Shown here piece after piece: positions 52,601 through 63,900 of a DNA stretch of 64,000 bases. Made by a program: the position numbers and the translations under genes. Location: the NCBI RefSeq assembly GCF_006345805.1, contig NC_042998.1:90582001-90646000 (forward strand), read 5' to 3'. Numbering within the stretch: the stretch's first letter is position 1; each line of letters begins with the position of its first letter. The stretch is from Octopus sinensis. Its lineage: Eukaryota. The notes under the pieces were generated by a model. That model was not told the origin of the DNA. It ran no database searches and saw nothing but the letters and a program-made list of their open reading frames with translations.

Positions 52601-54319
52601 CAACTTAAATTACATATGTTGTGAAGAAATGAAAACAACTTGAGAATTAATAAAAAAAAATATGGAAATTATCCATTTTGCATTGACCAGATTTGATTAA
52701 TATTAGGTCACTGAGCCCATGTTCTTCACTTGTCACGACTTTTAGTTTAAATGAATTCTAATCAGTTTGGTCACCATATTGCATCTGTTAGTTGACATGA
52801 TGTTTCATTGTGATTGCTTTATTCTTTGTACTAAAGTTGGGATTTATAGAATGGTTGTATTTCAGGTAAGTTTTGATACAATGGTATCCAAAACACTTAT
52901 TTTTGTAACTTATGATTGGTTCTTCAAAAATTTTACTTTTGGTTTCATCTCTCTTTAAAGAAGTTGACTTAGATCTCTTCAAAATTCTGTTATAAATTCA
53001 ATTTATTATAATTTGTTTTATATAACTCAAAGGCTAATAGATATATCAAAATAAATTAATATCTATTCAGTTTTAAAATGTGTCATGAAATTTAGCTTTT
53101 TAATTGCAGTGCTTCATTAACTTAACTTTTTGTTAAATACTTAAGAGCAACTGGATTACTTTTTTTTCATATATAGTTTCTTTAATTATAAATTCCTATG
53201 AGGTTATATTTTCCTTAAATTATCACAAATCAGTTTATAAAATCTTCTCAGTGAAGTTTTAGAGATATATGTATTCTATTTGTTTTTCCATTTGAAAATA
53301 AGTATTTTTTGTTTTTTGCCAGGATATTATTGAAAGAGCCATCATTGACACGCAGGTGGGCCATGATGTTGTTGAACCAGGTGCCTACATTCATCAGTTC
53401 CCTTATCCTTGTTATGTTTATGATCAGTAAGTTAATCACAGTTTCTCCTGTTTTTTTTTAATATCTGCATACAAACCAGATTGTTCTACATCATACAATA
53501 TTTACAGTTTCCCATGATTTAATAAGCTAAATGTGTAGGATACCTTAATTTAATTGTTCCTTTTAATTGTTAGATTTGGAGAATTAAAAGATGTAGATTG
53601 AATAATCTTTCCTGTTATTTAGTAACGGTAACCATCTCTGCAAACAAGAATGGCTATGTAGAAATTAATGATGTCAGATGCATTCTGTAAATATTTTTGT
53701 TTCTCTTGATTCAGTAGTACTTTTCAGTAATGTTATTATAGGATGCAGAATTTAAAAGTCTTTATACTTTGATTACACACTATATTAATGTAAAATGACT
53801 CTGGAAGAATATAAAGAAATCTCTTTGAAAAACCAAACAAAAAATTCCTTGCTGTCTTTTACTTCCATTTTTAATCAATATCTGATTAAAAAAGAATTAT
53901 GATGTCCAATTAGACCTTACTTAAAGACCTTTATAACTCATAGAAAAGGAGTCTGAAGTAAATACTAATTTTACATTTATATATCTATTTTTCTCGAATT
54001 ATCTTCATTATACCCGAAACATCTTAAAATTTAAATATCTTTTGAAAATGTTAAAAAAATTACTTGTAACTGAATCTTTAGAAATATTTTCTGAATGAAG
54101 TTTGAATTTTCAATGTTCTTTGCTTTAAGGTTATTTCTTCGATTTCAGCTAATGTGCTTGTTTAGAGATGTATATGAGGAAACCACTCTTTTTTCTAATT
54201 TCAGATTTGTTTTCATGATTGAACATGTGATGCCGTTATGTTTGACTATTTCATGGGTCTATACTGTGGCTATGTTGGTTCAAAATATTGTTTATGAAAA
54301 GGAACAAAGACTAAAAGAA
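23236..54319 (+). CDS. ABCA2: ABCA2-like ABC transporter, partial multi-exon CDS (14 exons, 2152 nt, ~717 aa; ECD1 through TM2 region); 5' and 3' exons not found in window
   Basis: All 14 exons have AG/GT boundaries and compatible phases (2-1-0-0-0-0-0-0-1-0-0-1-0-2-0). Peptides match my recollection of vertebrate ABCA2: [86 protein letters not shown]. Orthology should be confirmed by BLAST/phylogeny. Confidence 0.93.
23930..24800 (+). mobile_element. CT-rich non-coding element ending in an RTE-type tail
   Basis: ~650 bp pyrimidine-rich body, then gttaagaagggcattcagc...ccatgccagtatgg...gttaaatgatgat. Confidence 0.55.
25298..25559 (-). mobile_element. tRNA-headed element with Penelope-type hammerhead tail, left (minus) copy
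   Basis: Reverse complement of 25574-25808; B box gagttcgattcc, (AAT)n linker, AGACAC-CTAATGA-A-GGCTG-loop-CAGCT-GAAACGTT-GTGTTT. Confidence 0.85.
25379..25426 (-). ncRNA. Minimal type I hammerhead ribozyme motif (one core substitution, CUGAUGA to CUAAUGA)
   Basis: Helix I AGACAC/GUGUUU, helix II GGCUG/CAGCU, GAAA, palindromic helix III ACGU, GUU cleavage triplet; the sister copy supplies the intact CUGAUGA. Confidence 0.7.
25564..25807 (+). mobile_element. tRNA-headed element with Penelope-type hammerhead tail, right (plus) copy
   Basis: A box TGGCATAGTGG, B box gagttcgattcc, (AAT)n linker, CTGATGA at 25724-25730 with stem GGCTG/CAGCC. Confidence 0.85.
26135..26880 (-). mobile_element. CT-rich element with RTE-type tail (minus copy)
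   Basis: ctttccatgctggc tail motif followed on the plus strand by a purine-rich body. Confidence 0.5.
27398..28232 (+). mobile_element. Degenerate 5'-truncated RTE LINE copy
   Basis: [32 protein letters not shown] with stops; RTE 3' UTR; (GAT)n tail 28219-28232. Confidence 0.9.
28361..28881 (+). mobile_element. RTE 3' UTR-only copy with three ~61-bp tandem units and (GAT)n tail
   Basis: Matches the reverse complement of the 56431-58600 unit; aaacaccatccga..gtggccg..gccagcctc.tctggcacctgtgtcgg x3 (28514-28700). Confidence 0.9.
29650..29870 (+). mobile_element. tRNA-derived SINE family B
   Basis: ggctggcagaatc..ttagc head, gagttcaaattc B-box-like, gataaaataagtac..gttgagcactgggg core; further copies ~22030, 29410, 30655, 30847, 34270, 44720, and minus near 930, 51820, 54345. 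Confidence 0.7.
29930..30640 (+). mobile_element. Degenerate Tx1/L1-clade LINE 3' fragment with CCHC zinc knuckle
   Basis: [18 protein letters not shown] (C-X2-C-X8-H-X4-C) at 30058-30111; [17 protein letters not shown] shared with 45130-45255 (minus). Confidence 0.7.
30655..31060 (+). mobile_element. Two tandem SINE family B copies (first lacks its head)
   Basis: gtcaactttgcctttcatcctttcggg core; second copy begins gtgagctggcagaat at ~30851. Confidence 0.65.
32509..32630 (+). CDS. ABCA2: ABCA2-like exon: (N)[40 protein letters not shown]
   Basis: tctttcag / gtaatt, 122 nt, phase 1 to 0; resembles ABCA2 FSLDSVARNPQELWRFLTQNLSL. Confidence 0.92.
33586..33927 (+). CDS. ABCA2: ABCA2-like exon: [25 protein letters not shown]...[11 protein letters not shown] (114 aa)
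   Basis: tcatttag / gtaatt, 342 nt open, phase 0 to 0; begins like ABCA2 VYHLLFG. Confidence 0.9.
34789..35507 (+). mobile_element. Non-autonomous Helitron-like element, 719 bp
   Basis: Sits between A (34788) and T (35508); starts TC, ends CTAG; imperfect subterminal GC hairpin ccgggtgaaaccagg at 35481-35495; no TSD. Confidence 0.62.
35945..36050 (+). mobile_element. Short RTE-type 3' tail fragment
   Basis: ggagtctggtgcagcc...ccaacccatgccaacatgg...aaatgatgatgatga. Confidence 0.75.
36209..36390. mobile_element. hAT (Charlie/MER5-like) MITE, 182 bp
   Basis: Imperfect TIRs cagtggttccctac / gattgggaatcacta; 8-bp TSD GCCTATTT (36201-36208) vs GTCTATTT (36391-36398). Confidence 0.8.
36803..36904 (+). 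CDS. ABCA2: ABCA2-like exon: [34 protein letters not shown]
   Basis: cattttag / gtaagt, 102 nt; resembles ABCA2 LLLAPALLEQLTC. Confidence 0.92.
37643..37744 (+). CDS. ABCA2: ABCA2-like exon: [34 protein letters not shown]
   Basis: tgtatcag / gtaagt, 102 nt open, phase 0 to 0. Confidence 0.88.
39901..39963 (+). CDS. ABCA2: ABCA2-like exon: [21 protein letters not shown]
   Basis: aatttcag / gtatct, 63 nt open, frame-preserving; little homology evidence. Confidence 0.78.
40449..41480 (-). mobile_element. CT-rich element with RTE-type tail (minus copy)
   Basis: ttccatgctggc...ctggataccttcctaacaccaacc tail followed by ~800 bp purine-rich body on the plus strand. Confidence 0.55.
41775..41957 (+). 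CDS. ABCA2: ABCA2-like exon: [26 protein letters not shown]...ASTVLDPP
   Basis: ttctgtag / gtacat, 183 nt; [13 protein letters not shown] resembles ABCA2 LSALALLLPQGAC. Confidence 0.9.
43312..43483 (+). CDS. ABCA2: ABCA2-like exon: GSATSNS...[36 protein letters not shown]
   Basis: tattttag / gtaata, 172 nt, phase 0 to 1; resembles ABCA2 FVQLWAGLQPILCG. Confidence 0.9.
43608..43930 (+). mobile_element. SINE family A copy
   Basis: gtagttaagaag..ttcaagttcagtcc head, gtgagtggatttggtagacagaagctgaa core, TG-rich linker. Confidence 0.6.
44119..44240 (+). CDS. ABCA2: ABCA2-like exon: (D)[40 protein letters not shown]
   Basis: ttttacag / gtagcc, 122 nt, phase 1 to 0; strong ABCA motif NPKVLYAP. Confidence 0.95.
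44813..45255 (-). mobile_element. Tx1/L1-like 3' fragment inserted into a SINE-B copy, with 16-bp TSD
   Basis: TGGGGTTGATAAAATA at 44797-44812 and 45256-45271; minus-strand [28 protein letters not shown]; AATAAA near the 3' end. Confidence 0.78.
45524..45652 (+). CDS. ABCA2: ABCA2-like exon: [43 protein letters not shown]
   Basis: tatttcag / gtattg, 129 nt; resembles ABCA2 [26 protein letters not shown]. Confidence 0.95.
46040..46740 (+). mobile_element. SINE family A (tRNA head, core, (TG)n, CR1-like tail) interrupted by an RTE 3' fragment at ~46221-46521
   Basis: Head/core 46040-46190, (TG)n, RTE tail ending (GAT)n 46521, SINE resumes gtgtgtgtctttgtgtttgtc and ends ggtggtgctcaagcatggctacag..actgaaaccag. 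Confidence 0.75.
46740..47600. mobile_element. Cluster of further SINE-A heads and RTE-type tails in both orientations
   Basis: Heads at ~46741 and ~47037 (gggttcagtccc), cores, (GAT)n/(ATC)n junction at ~47325-47350. Confidence 0.6.
47750..48170 (-). mobile_element. Degenerate RTE (BovB-like) LINE 3' fragment, a different subfamily
   Basis: Minus-strand [12 protein letters not shown] and [19 protein letters not shown] (cf. C-terminal CxRxCxSxIGLxSHxRxC); (TAC)n tail. Confidence 0.65.
48224..48810 (-). mobile_element. CT-rich element with RTE-type tail (minus copy)
   Basis: catcatcac..ctttcaagctggcatgg tail followed by a purine-rich body on the plus strand. Confidence 0.5.
49603..49965. repeat. 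(CT)n plus polypyrimidine low-complexity tract
   Basis: Seen directly. Confidence 0.95.
50760..51050 (-). mobile_element. Second degenerate R4/Dong-type fragment (zinc-knuckle to RLE region)
   Basis: Minus-strand SLDHMVAGC (cf. TIDHIVSGC) and [12 protein letters not shown] (cf. ILWDFxIxTDxxI) across frames. Confidence 0.5.
51476..51737 (+). CDS. ABCA2: ABCA2-like exon: IQQDLKRRK...[12 protein letters not shown]...YHDNVSVFA
   Basis: catttcag / gtaagt, 262 nt, phase 0 to 1; resembles ABCA2 QLDTIDNAACGW...AYQDNVTVFA. Confidence 0.95.
52231..52406 (+). CDS. ABCA2: ABCA2-like exon: (S)[26 protein letters not shown]...YQFGFVWIQ
   Basis: cttttaag / gtaagt, 176 nt, phase 1 to 0; hallmark ABCA LPPHxxYKIR and GFVWIQ. 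Confidence 0.96.
53323..53426 (+). CDS. ABCA2: ABCA2-like exon: [34 protein letters not shown]
   Basis: tttgccag / gtaagt, 104 nt, phase 0 to 2; hallmark FPYPCY (missed by the ORF track). Confidence 0.96.
54205..54319 (+). CDS. ABCA2: ABCA2-like exon: (Q)[38 protein letters not shown] (TM2 + EKExRLKE)
   Basis: aatttcag / gtaagt, 115 nt, phase 2 to 0; ABCA-family EKExRLKE motif. Confidence 0.96.
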
Positions 54320-55028
54320 GTAAGTTTTACTTATGATTTTTGACATTGGCACAAAGCCACAAATATTTTATTGAAGGGGTACAGTAACACAAATTGATAC
54401 TAGTGTATTACTGGTATTGATTTTAATCCTCCAGAGATGAAAGGCAAATCCCAATACTGGCCAGTACATAAACTCAGAATATAAAGGAACAAGATTTAGA
54501 CAGCAAATTAAGATGATTGTTAGAGCATAAAACAAATGACTTGTGGCAGTAGTTCCAGCTCACTGAGTTCAAATTTAACATCCTTTCAGGGTTGATAATA
54601 AAATACCAGTCCACTGTATAGGAGATGCCTTGCAATATTTGTTCTGAGTTTTAGCATTCTAAGTTTCTAAGAGGTAGAGTAAGAGTTTGCCTTAATCCAT
54701 CACCCAATTTAATACCATCACCACCACTACCAACACCCGGTTCTTGGGTGTTATTGGTGGAGTTTACTATGTTACAAGTATTTAGTACAATCCTCTGCTT
54801 AGAGGATATCTTCCTCCCTTTCTCCAACCTGATTTGAAGGCTCTGGAATGGGGAGAGAGAAAGTAAAAAGTCTTGAATGCTGTTCTTTTTTCTCTGACTA
54901 AATGGTAAAAAAAATAATAATAAATCCTATCAAGTAGTTATCTCAGTGTGTTACAGTTTCTGCTAACTTATTAGCTTTAATAAAAGTAAAACCAAATAAT
55001 GTGAAAATGAAAATAATTACAGAGAAGG

Positions 55029-56430
<1,402 letters not shown>

Positions 56431-58600
56431 GAGGCCAGTCGATGCGGTGGTACTGGCTACGGCCACGTTCGGATGGTTTTCTTATGTGCCACGTGCCACC
56501 GGCACTGGTACCACAAAGATACAAATTCCATTGATGTTCATCTATTTTGATTTGTTTTGATTGATTTTCACTTGCCTCAACAGGTCTTCACAAGTGTCAC
56601 AAGAAGGAAGGTATGCACAGGTGGACTGACTACGTCCCAGGTAGGGGCCATGGGTTATGGCCTGACTAGTCTTGCCGGGTCTTCGGATGGTGTTTTTATG
56701 TGCCACCGACACAGGTGCTAGAGATGAGGCTGGCGAACGGCCACGATCGGATGGTGTTTGTCATGTGCCCACCGCACTGACTACGGCACTGATGGATTCT
56801 TGTGTGCCACAGGCACTGGTACCACAAGATACAAATTCCATTGATGTTCATCTATTTTGTCTATTTTGATTTGATTTGATTTGATTTTCACTTGCCTCAA
56901 CCGGTCTTCACAAGTGTCACAAGAAGGAAGGTATGCACAGGTGGACTGACTAGTCTTGCCGGGTCTTCGGAAGGTGTTTTTTATGTGCCACCGACACAGG
57001 TGCCAGATGAGGCTGGCGAACGGCCATGATCGGATGGTGTTTGTTACGTGCCCACAGCACGGAGGCCGTCGATGCGGAACTGGCTACGGCCACGTTCGGA
57101 TGGTTCTCATGTGTGCCACCGGCACTGGTACCACAAAGTGTGTGCCACCGGCACTGGTACCACAAAGATACAGATTCCATTGATGTTCATCTATTTTGAT
57201 TTGTTTTGATTTGATTTGATTTGATTTTCACTGCCTCAACAGGTCTTCACAAGTGTCACAAGAAGGAAGGTATGCACAGGTGGACTGACTACGTCCCAGG
57301 TAGGGGCCATGGGTTATGGCCTGACTAGTCTTGCCGGGTCTCGGATGGTGTTTTTATGTGCCACCGACACAGGTGCTAGATGAGGCTGGCGAACGGCCAC
57401 GATCGGATGGTGTTTGTCATGTGCCCACAGAACGGAGGCCAGTCGATGCGGTACTGGCTACGGCCACTTTCGGATGGTTTTCTCTTGTGTCCCACCGGCA
57501 CTGGTACCACAAAGATACAAATTCCATTGATGTTCATCTATTTTGATTTGTTTTGATTTGATTTTGATTTGATTTTCACTTGCCTCAACAGGCCTTTGAT
57601 TTTCACTTGCCTCAACAGGCCTTCACAAGTATCACAAGGAGGAAGGTATGCACAGGTGGACTGACTACGTCCCAGGTAGGGGCCACGGGTTATGGCTGAC
57701 TAGTCTTGCCGGGTCTTCGGAAGGTGTTTTTATGTGCCACCGACACAGGTGCTAGATGAGCTGGCGAACGGCCACGACCGGATGGTGTTTGTTATGTGCC
57801 CACAGCACGATGGCCAGTGATGCGGTACTGACTACGGCCATGTTCGGATGGATTCTTGTGTGCCACCGGCACTGGTACCACAAGCGGTACTGACTACTTT
57901 TATGTGCCACCGACACAGGTGCTAGATGAGGCTGGCGAACGGCCACGACCGGATGGTGTTTGTTATGTGCCCACAGCACGATGGCCAGTGATGCGGTACT
58001 GACTACAGCCATGTTCGGATGGATTCTTGTGTGCCACCGGCACTGGTACCACAAGCCGGTACTGACTACGGCCACGTTCGGATGGATTCTTGTGTGCCAC
58101 CGGCACTGGTACCACAAGCGGTACTGACTACGGCCACGTTCGGATGGATTCTTGTGTGCCACTGGCACTGGTACCACAAGGATACAAATTCCATTGATGT
58201 TCATCTATTTTGATTTGTTTTGATTTGATTTGATTTTCACTTGCCTCAGCAGGTCTTCACAAGTCGGAAGGTATGTACAGGTGGACTGACTACGTCCCAG
58301 GTAGGGCCCACGGGTTATGACCTGACTAGTCTTGCCGGGTCTTCGGAAGGTGTTTTTTATGTGCCACCATGTTCCCACAGCACGGAGGCCAGTCGATGCG
58401 GGGTACTGGCTATGGCCACGTTCGGATGGTTTTCTTGTGTGCCACAGGCACTGGTACCACAAAGATACAAATTCCATTGATGTTCATCTATTTTGATTGA
58501 TTTTCACTTGCCTCAGCAGGTCTTCACAAGTGTCACAAGAAGGAAGGTATGCACAGGTGGATCGACTACGTCCCAGTTAGGGGCCACGGGATATGGCCTG
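56431..58600 (-). repeat. Modular minisatellite of ~280-350-bp units with ~60-bp sub-units in the RTE 3' UTR
   Basis: gataca(a/g)attccattgatgttc at 56518, 56828, 57167, 57514, 58181, 58464. Confidence 0.93.
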
Positions 58601-59472
58601 ACTAGTCCTGCCGGGTCCTCTCATGCACAGCACACTTCCATAGGACTCGGTCTTCAGTCATTTCCTTGGTGAGACCTAAAGTTCGAAGGTCGTGCTTCAC
58701 CACCTCGTCCCAGGTTTTCCTGGGTCTACCTCTTCCACAGTTCCCTCAACTGCTAGGGTGTAGCACTTTTGCACACAACTATCTTCAGCCATTCTCGTCA
58801 CATGACCATACCAGCGCAGCCGTCTCTCTTGCACACCACAACTGACACTTCTTAGGTTCAACTTTTCTCAAAGTACTTACACTCTGATGATTATGAACAC
58901 TGACATTACACATCCATCGGAGCATACTGGCTTCATTTCTTGCAAGCTTACGCATATCCTCAGCTGTCACGGCCCATGTTTCACTACCATGTAGCATGGC
59001 TGTACGTACACACGCATCATATAGTCTGCCTTTTACTCTTAGCGAGAGACCTTTTGTCACCAGCAGGGGTAAGAGCTCTCTAAACTTTGCCCAGGCTATT
59101 CTTACTCTAGCAGTTACACTTTCAGCACACCCACCCCGCTACTGACTTGGTCTCCTAGGTAGCGGAAGCTATCAACTACTTCTAGTTTGTCTCCCTGGAA
59201 CGTGGTAGAAGTTGGACTCTGCACATTTCCAGTGTTTATTTCTCCTGAGCATCTGCCACAGACAAAAACTATTTTCTTAGTTAGCCTTCCTTTGACATTG
59301 CTGCACCTCTTATGTGTCCATAGCTTACACTTGGTGCACCTTATAGAGTTTCTACCTACACCTTTTTTACAGATCGAGCAGGGCCATCTACCTGAAGTCG
59401 TTTGTGGTTGGTCCACCTTCCTACTTATTAGGACTTTGGTTTTGGCTAGGTTGATTCTAAGGCCCTTCGATT
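56431..59472 (-). mobile_element. RTE LINE fragment, copy 1 (RT C-terminus with PHD finger; 2.1-kb tandemly expanded 3' UTR; both ends truncated)
   Basis: [18 protein letters not shown]...[49 protein letters not shown]. Confidence 0.93.
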
Positions 59473-59528
59473 ATGTGTGTGTGTATATATATATATAATA
59501 TATAATATATATATATAGTGTGTGTATA

Positions 59529-59563
<35 letters not shown>

Positions 59564-59605
59564 GTGTGTGTTGTATATATATATATATATATATGTGTGT
59601 GTATA

Positions 59606-59688
<83 letters not shown>

Positions 59689-59719
59689 ATGTATATATAT
59701 ATAGATATATATATATATA

Positions 59720-59786
<67 letters not shown>

Positions 59787-59923
59787 TATGTGTGTGTGTG
59801 TTGTGTATATATATATATGTGTGTGTTGTGTGTGTATATATCTATATATATGTGTGTGTGGTGTGTGTATATATATATATGTTGTGTGTGTGTGTGGTGT
59901 ATATATATATATATGTGTGTGTG

Positions 59924-59958
<35 letters not shown>

Positions 59959-60134
59959 GTGTGTATATGTATGTATATATATATATTATATATATATATG
60001 TGTGTGTATATATATATATCTATATATATGTGTGTTGTGTATATATATATATTATATATATATATTGTGGTGTATATATATATATATAATATCTATATAT
60101 ATGTGTGTTGTATATATATATATATATATCTATA

Positions 60135-60165
<31 letters not shown>

Positions 60166-60295
60166 TATATTGTGGTGTATATATTATATATATATGTGTG
60201 TGTATATATATATATTGTGTGTGTGTGTGTGTCTATATATATATATGTGTGTGTGTGTATTATATATATATATATATATATATGTGTTGTGTGTG

Positions 60296-60364
<69 letters not shown>

Positions 60365-60446
60365 GTGGTGTGTGTATATATATATATATATATAATATGT
60401 GTGTGGTGTATATATATATATATATATTATATATATATGTGTGTGG

Positions 60447-60481
<35 letters not shown>

Positions 60482-60520
60482 ATATATATATATATATATA
60501 TAATATATATATGTGTGTGG

Positions 60521-60551
<31 letters not shown>

Positions 60552-60590
60552 TGTGTGTATATTATATATATATATATATATATATATGTG

Positions 60591-60642
<52 letters not shown>

Positions 60643-60987
60643 ATATATATATATCTATATATATATATATATGTTGTGTGTGTGTGTATATATATATCTA
60701 TATATATATTATATTATATATGTGTGTGGTGTGTATATATATATATATCTATATATATATATATATGTGTGTGTGTATATCTATATATATATATCTATAT
60801 ATATATATGTTGTGTGTGTATATATATATATATCTATATATATATTATATATGTGTTGTGTATATATATCTATATATATATCTATATGTGTGTGTGTATA
60901 TATATATATATATCTATATATATATATATGTGGTGTGTGTATATATATATATATAATATATATATGTGTGTGTGTATATATATATAT
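59473..60987. repeat. (TA)n/(TG)n compound microsatellite
   Basis: Seen directly; composition like 55029-56430. Confidence 0.98.
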
Positions 60988-63900
60988 GAGGCCAGTCGAT
61001 GCGGTACTGGCTACGGCCACGTTCGGATGGTTTTCTTATGTGCCACGTGCCACCGGCACTGGTACCACAAAGATACAAATTCCATTGATGTTCATCTATT
61101 TTGATTTGTTTTGATTGATTTTCACTTGCCTCAACAGGTCTTCACAAGTGTCACAAGAAGGAAGGTATGCACAGGTGGACTGACTACGTCCCAGGTAGGG
61201 GCCATGGTTTATGGCCTGACTAGTCTTGCCGGGTCTTCGGATGGTGTTTTTATGTGCCACCGACACAGGTGCTAGATGAGGCTGGCGAACGGCCACGATC
61301 GGATGGTGTTTGTCATGTGCCCACCGCACTGACTACGGCACTGATGGATTCTTGTGTGCCACAGGCACTGGTACCACAAGATACAAATTCCATTGATGTT
61401 CATCTATTTTGTCTATTTTGATTTGATTTGATTTGATTTTCACTTGCCTCAACCGGTCTTCACAAGTGTCACAAGAAGGAAGGTATGCACAGGTGGACTG
61501 ACTAGTCTTGCCGGGTCTTCGGAAGGTGTTTTTATGTGCCACCGACACAGGTGCCAGATGAGGCTGGCGAACGGCCATGATCGGATGGTGTTTGTTACGT
61601 GCCCACAGCACGGAGGCCGGTCGATGCGGAACTGGCTACGGCCACGTTCGGATGGTTCTCATGTGTGCCACCGGCACTGGTACCACAAAGTGTGTGCCAC
61701 CGGCACTGGTACCACAAAGATACAGATTCCATTGATGTTCATCTATTTTGATTTGTTTTGATTTGATTTGATTTGATTTTCACTTGCCTCAACAGGTCTT
61801 CACAAGTGTCACAAGAAGGAAGGTATGCACAGGTGGACTGACTACGTCCCAGGTAGGGGCCATGGGTTATGGCCTGACTAGTCTTGCCGGGTCTTCGGAT
61901 GGTGTTTTTATGTGCCACCGACACAGGTGCTAGATGAGGCTGGCGAACGGCCACGATCGGATGGTGTTTGTCATGTGCCCACAGAACGGAGGCCAGTCGA
62001 TGCGGTACTGGCTACGGCCACTTTCGGATGGTTTTCTCTTGTGTCCCACCGGCACTGGTACCACAAAGATACAAATTCCATTGATGTTCATCTATTTTGA
62101 TTTGTTTTGATTTGATTTGATTTGATTTTCACTTGCCTCAACAGGCCTTTGATTTTCACTTGCCTCAACAGGCCTTCACAAGTATCACAAGAGGAAGGTA
62201 TGCACAGGTGGACTGACTACGTCCCAGGTAGGGGCCATGGTTTATGGCCTGACTAGTCTTGCCGGGTCTTCGGAAGGTGTTTTTATGTGCCACCGACACA
62301 GGTGCTAGATGAGGCTGGCGAACGCCACGACCGGATGGTGTTTGTTATGTGCCCACAGCACGATGGCCAGTGATGCGGTACTGACTACGGCCATGTTCGG
62401 ATGGATTCTTGTGTGCCACCGGCACTGGTACCACAAGCGGTACTGACTACTTTTTATGTGCCACCGACACAGGTGCTAGATGAGGCTGGCGAACGGCCAC
62501 GACCGGATGGTGTTTGTTATGTGCCCACAGCACGATGGCCAGTGATGCGGTACTGACTACAGCCACGTTCGGATGGATTCTTGTGTGCCACCGGCACTGG
62601 TACCACAAGCGGTACTGACTACGGCCACGTTCGGATGGATTCTTGTGTGCCACCGGCACTGGTACCACAAGCGGTACTGACTACGGCCACGTTCGGATGG
62701 ATTCTTGTGTGCCACTGGCACTGGTACCACAGGATACAAATTCCATTGATGTTCATCTATTTTGATTTGTTTTGATTTGATTTGATTTTCACTTGCCTCA
62801 GCAGGTCTTCACAAGTCGGAAGGTATGTACAGGTGGACTGACTACGTCCCAGGTAGGGCCCACGGGTTATGACCTGACTAGTCTTGCCGGGTCTTCGGAT
62901 GGTGTTTTTATGTGCCACCATGTTCCCACAGCACGGAGGCCAGTCGATGCGGTACTGGCTATGGCCACGTTCGGATGGTTTTCTTGTGTGCCACAGGCAC
63001 TGGTACCACAAAGATACAAATTCCATTGATGTTCATCTATTTTGATTGATTTTCACTTGCCTCAGCAGGTCTTCACAAGTGTCACAAGAAGGAAGGTATG
63101 CACAGGTGGATCGACTACGTCCCAGTTAGGGGCCACGGGATATGGCCTGACTAGTCCTGCCGGGTCCTCTCATGCACAGCACACTTCCATAGGACTCGGT
63201 CTTCAGTCATTTCCTTGGTGAGACCTAAAGTTCGAAGGTCGTGCTTCACCACCTCGTCCCAGGTTTTCCTGGGTCTACCTCTTCCACAGGTTCCCTCAAC
63301 TGCTAGGGTGTAGCAACTTTGCACACAACTATCTTCAGCCATTCTCGTCACATGACCATACCAGCGCAGCCGTCTCTCTTGCACACCACAACTGACACTT
63401 CTTAGGTTCAACTTTTCTCTCAAAGTACTTACACTCTGATGATTATGACACTGACATTACACATCCATCGGAGCATACTGGCTTCATTTCTTGCAAGCTT
63501 ACGCATATCCTCAGCTGTCACGGCCCATGTTTCACTACCATGTAGCATGGCTGTACGTACACACGCATCATATAGTCTGCCTTTTACTCTTAGCGAGAGA
63601 CCTTTTGTCACCAGCAGGGGTAAGAGCTCTCTAAACTTTGCCCAGGCTATTCTTACTCTAGCAGTTACACTTTCAGCACACCCACCCCGCTACTGACTTG
63701 GTCTCCTAGGTAGCGGAAGCTATCAACTACTTCTAGTTTGTCTCCCTGGAACGTGGTAGAAGTTGGACTCTGCACATTTCCAGTGTTTATTTCTCCTGAG
63801 CATCTGCCACAGACAAAAACTATTTTCTTAGTTAGCCTTCCTTTGACATTGCTGCACCTCTTATGTGTCCATAGCTTACACTTGGTGCACCTTATAGAGT

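Noticed and set aside
56431-58600. CRISPR-like appearance of recurring motifs
   Set aside because: Eukaryotic context; the units are whole duplicated RTE UTR modules with no unique spacers and no cas genes.
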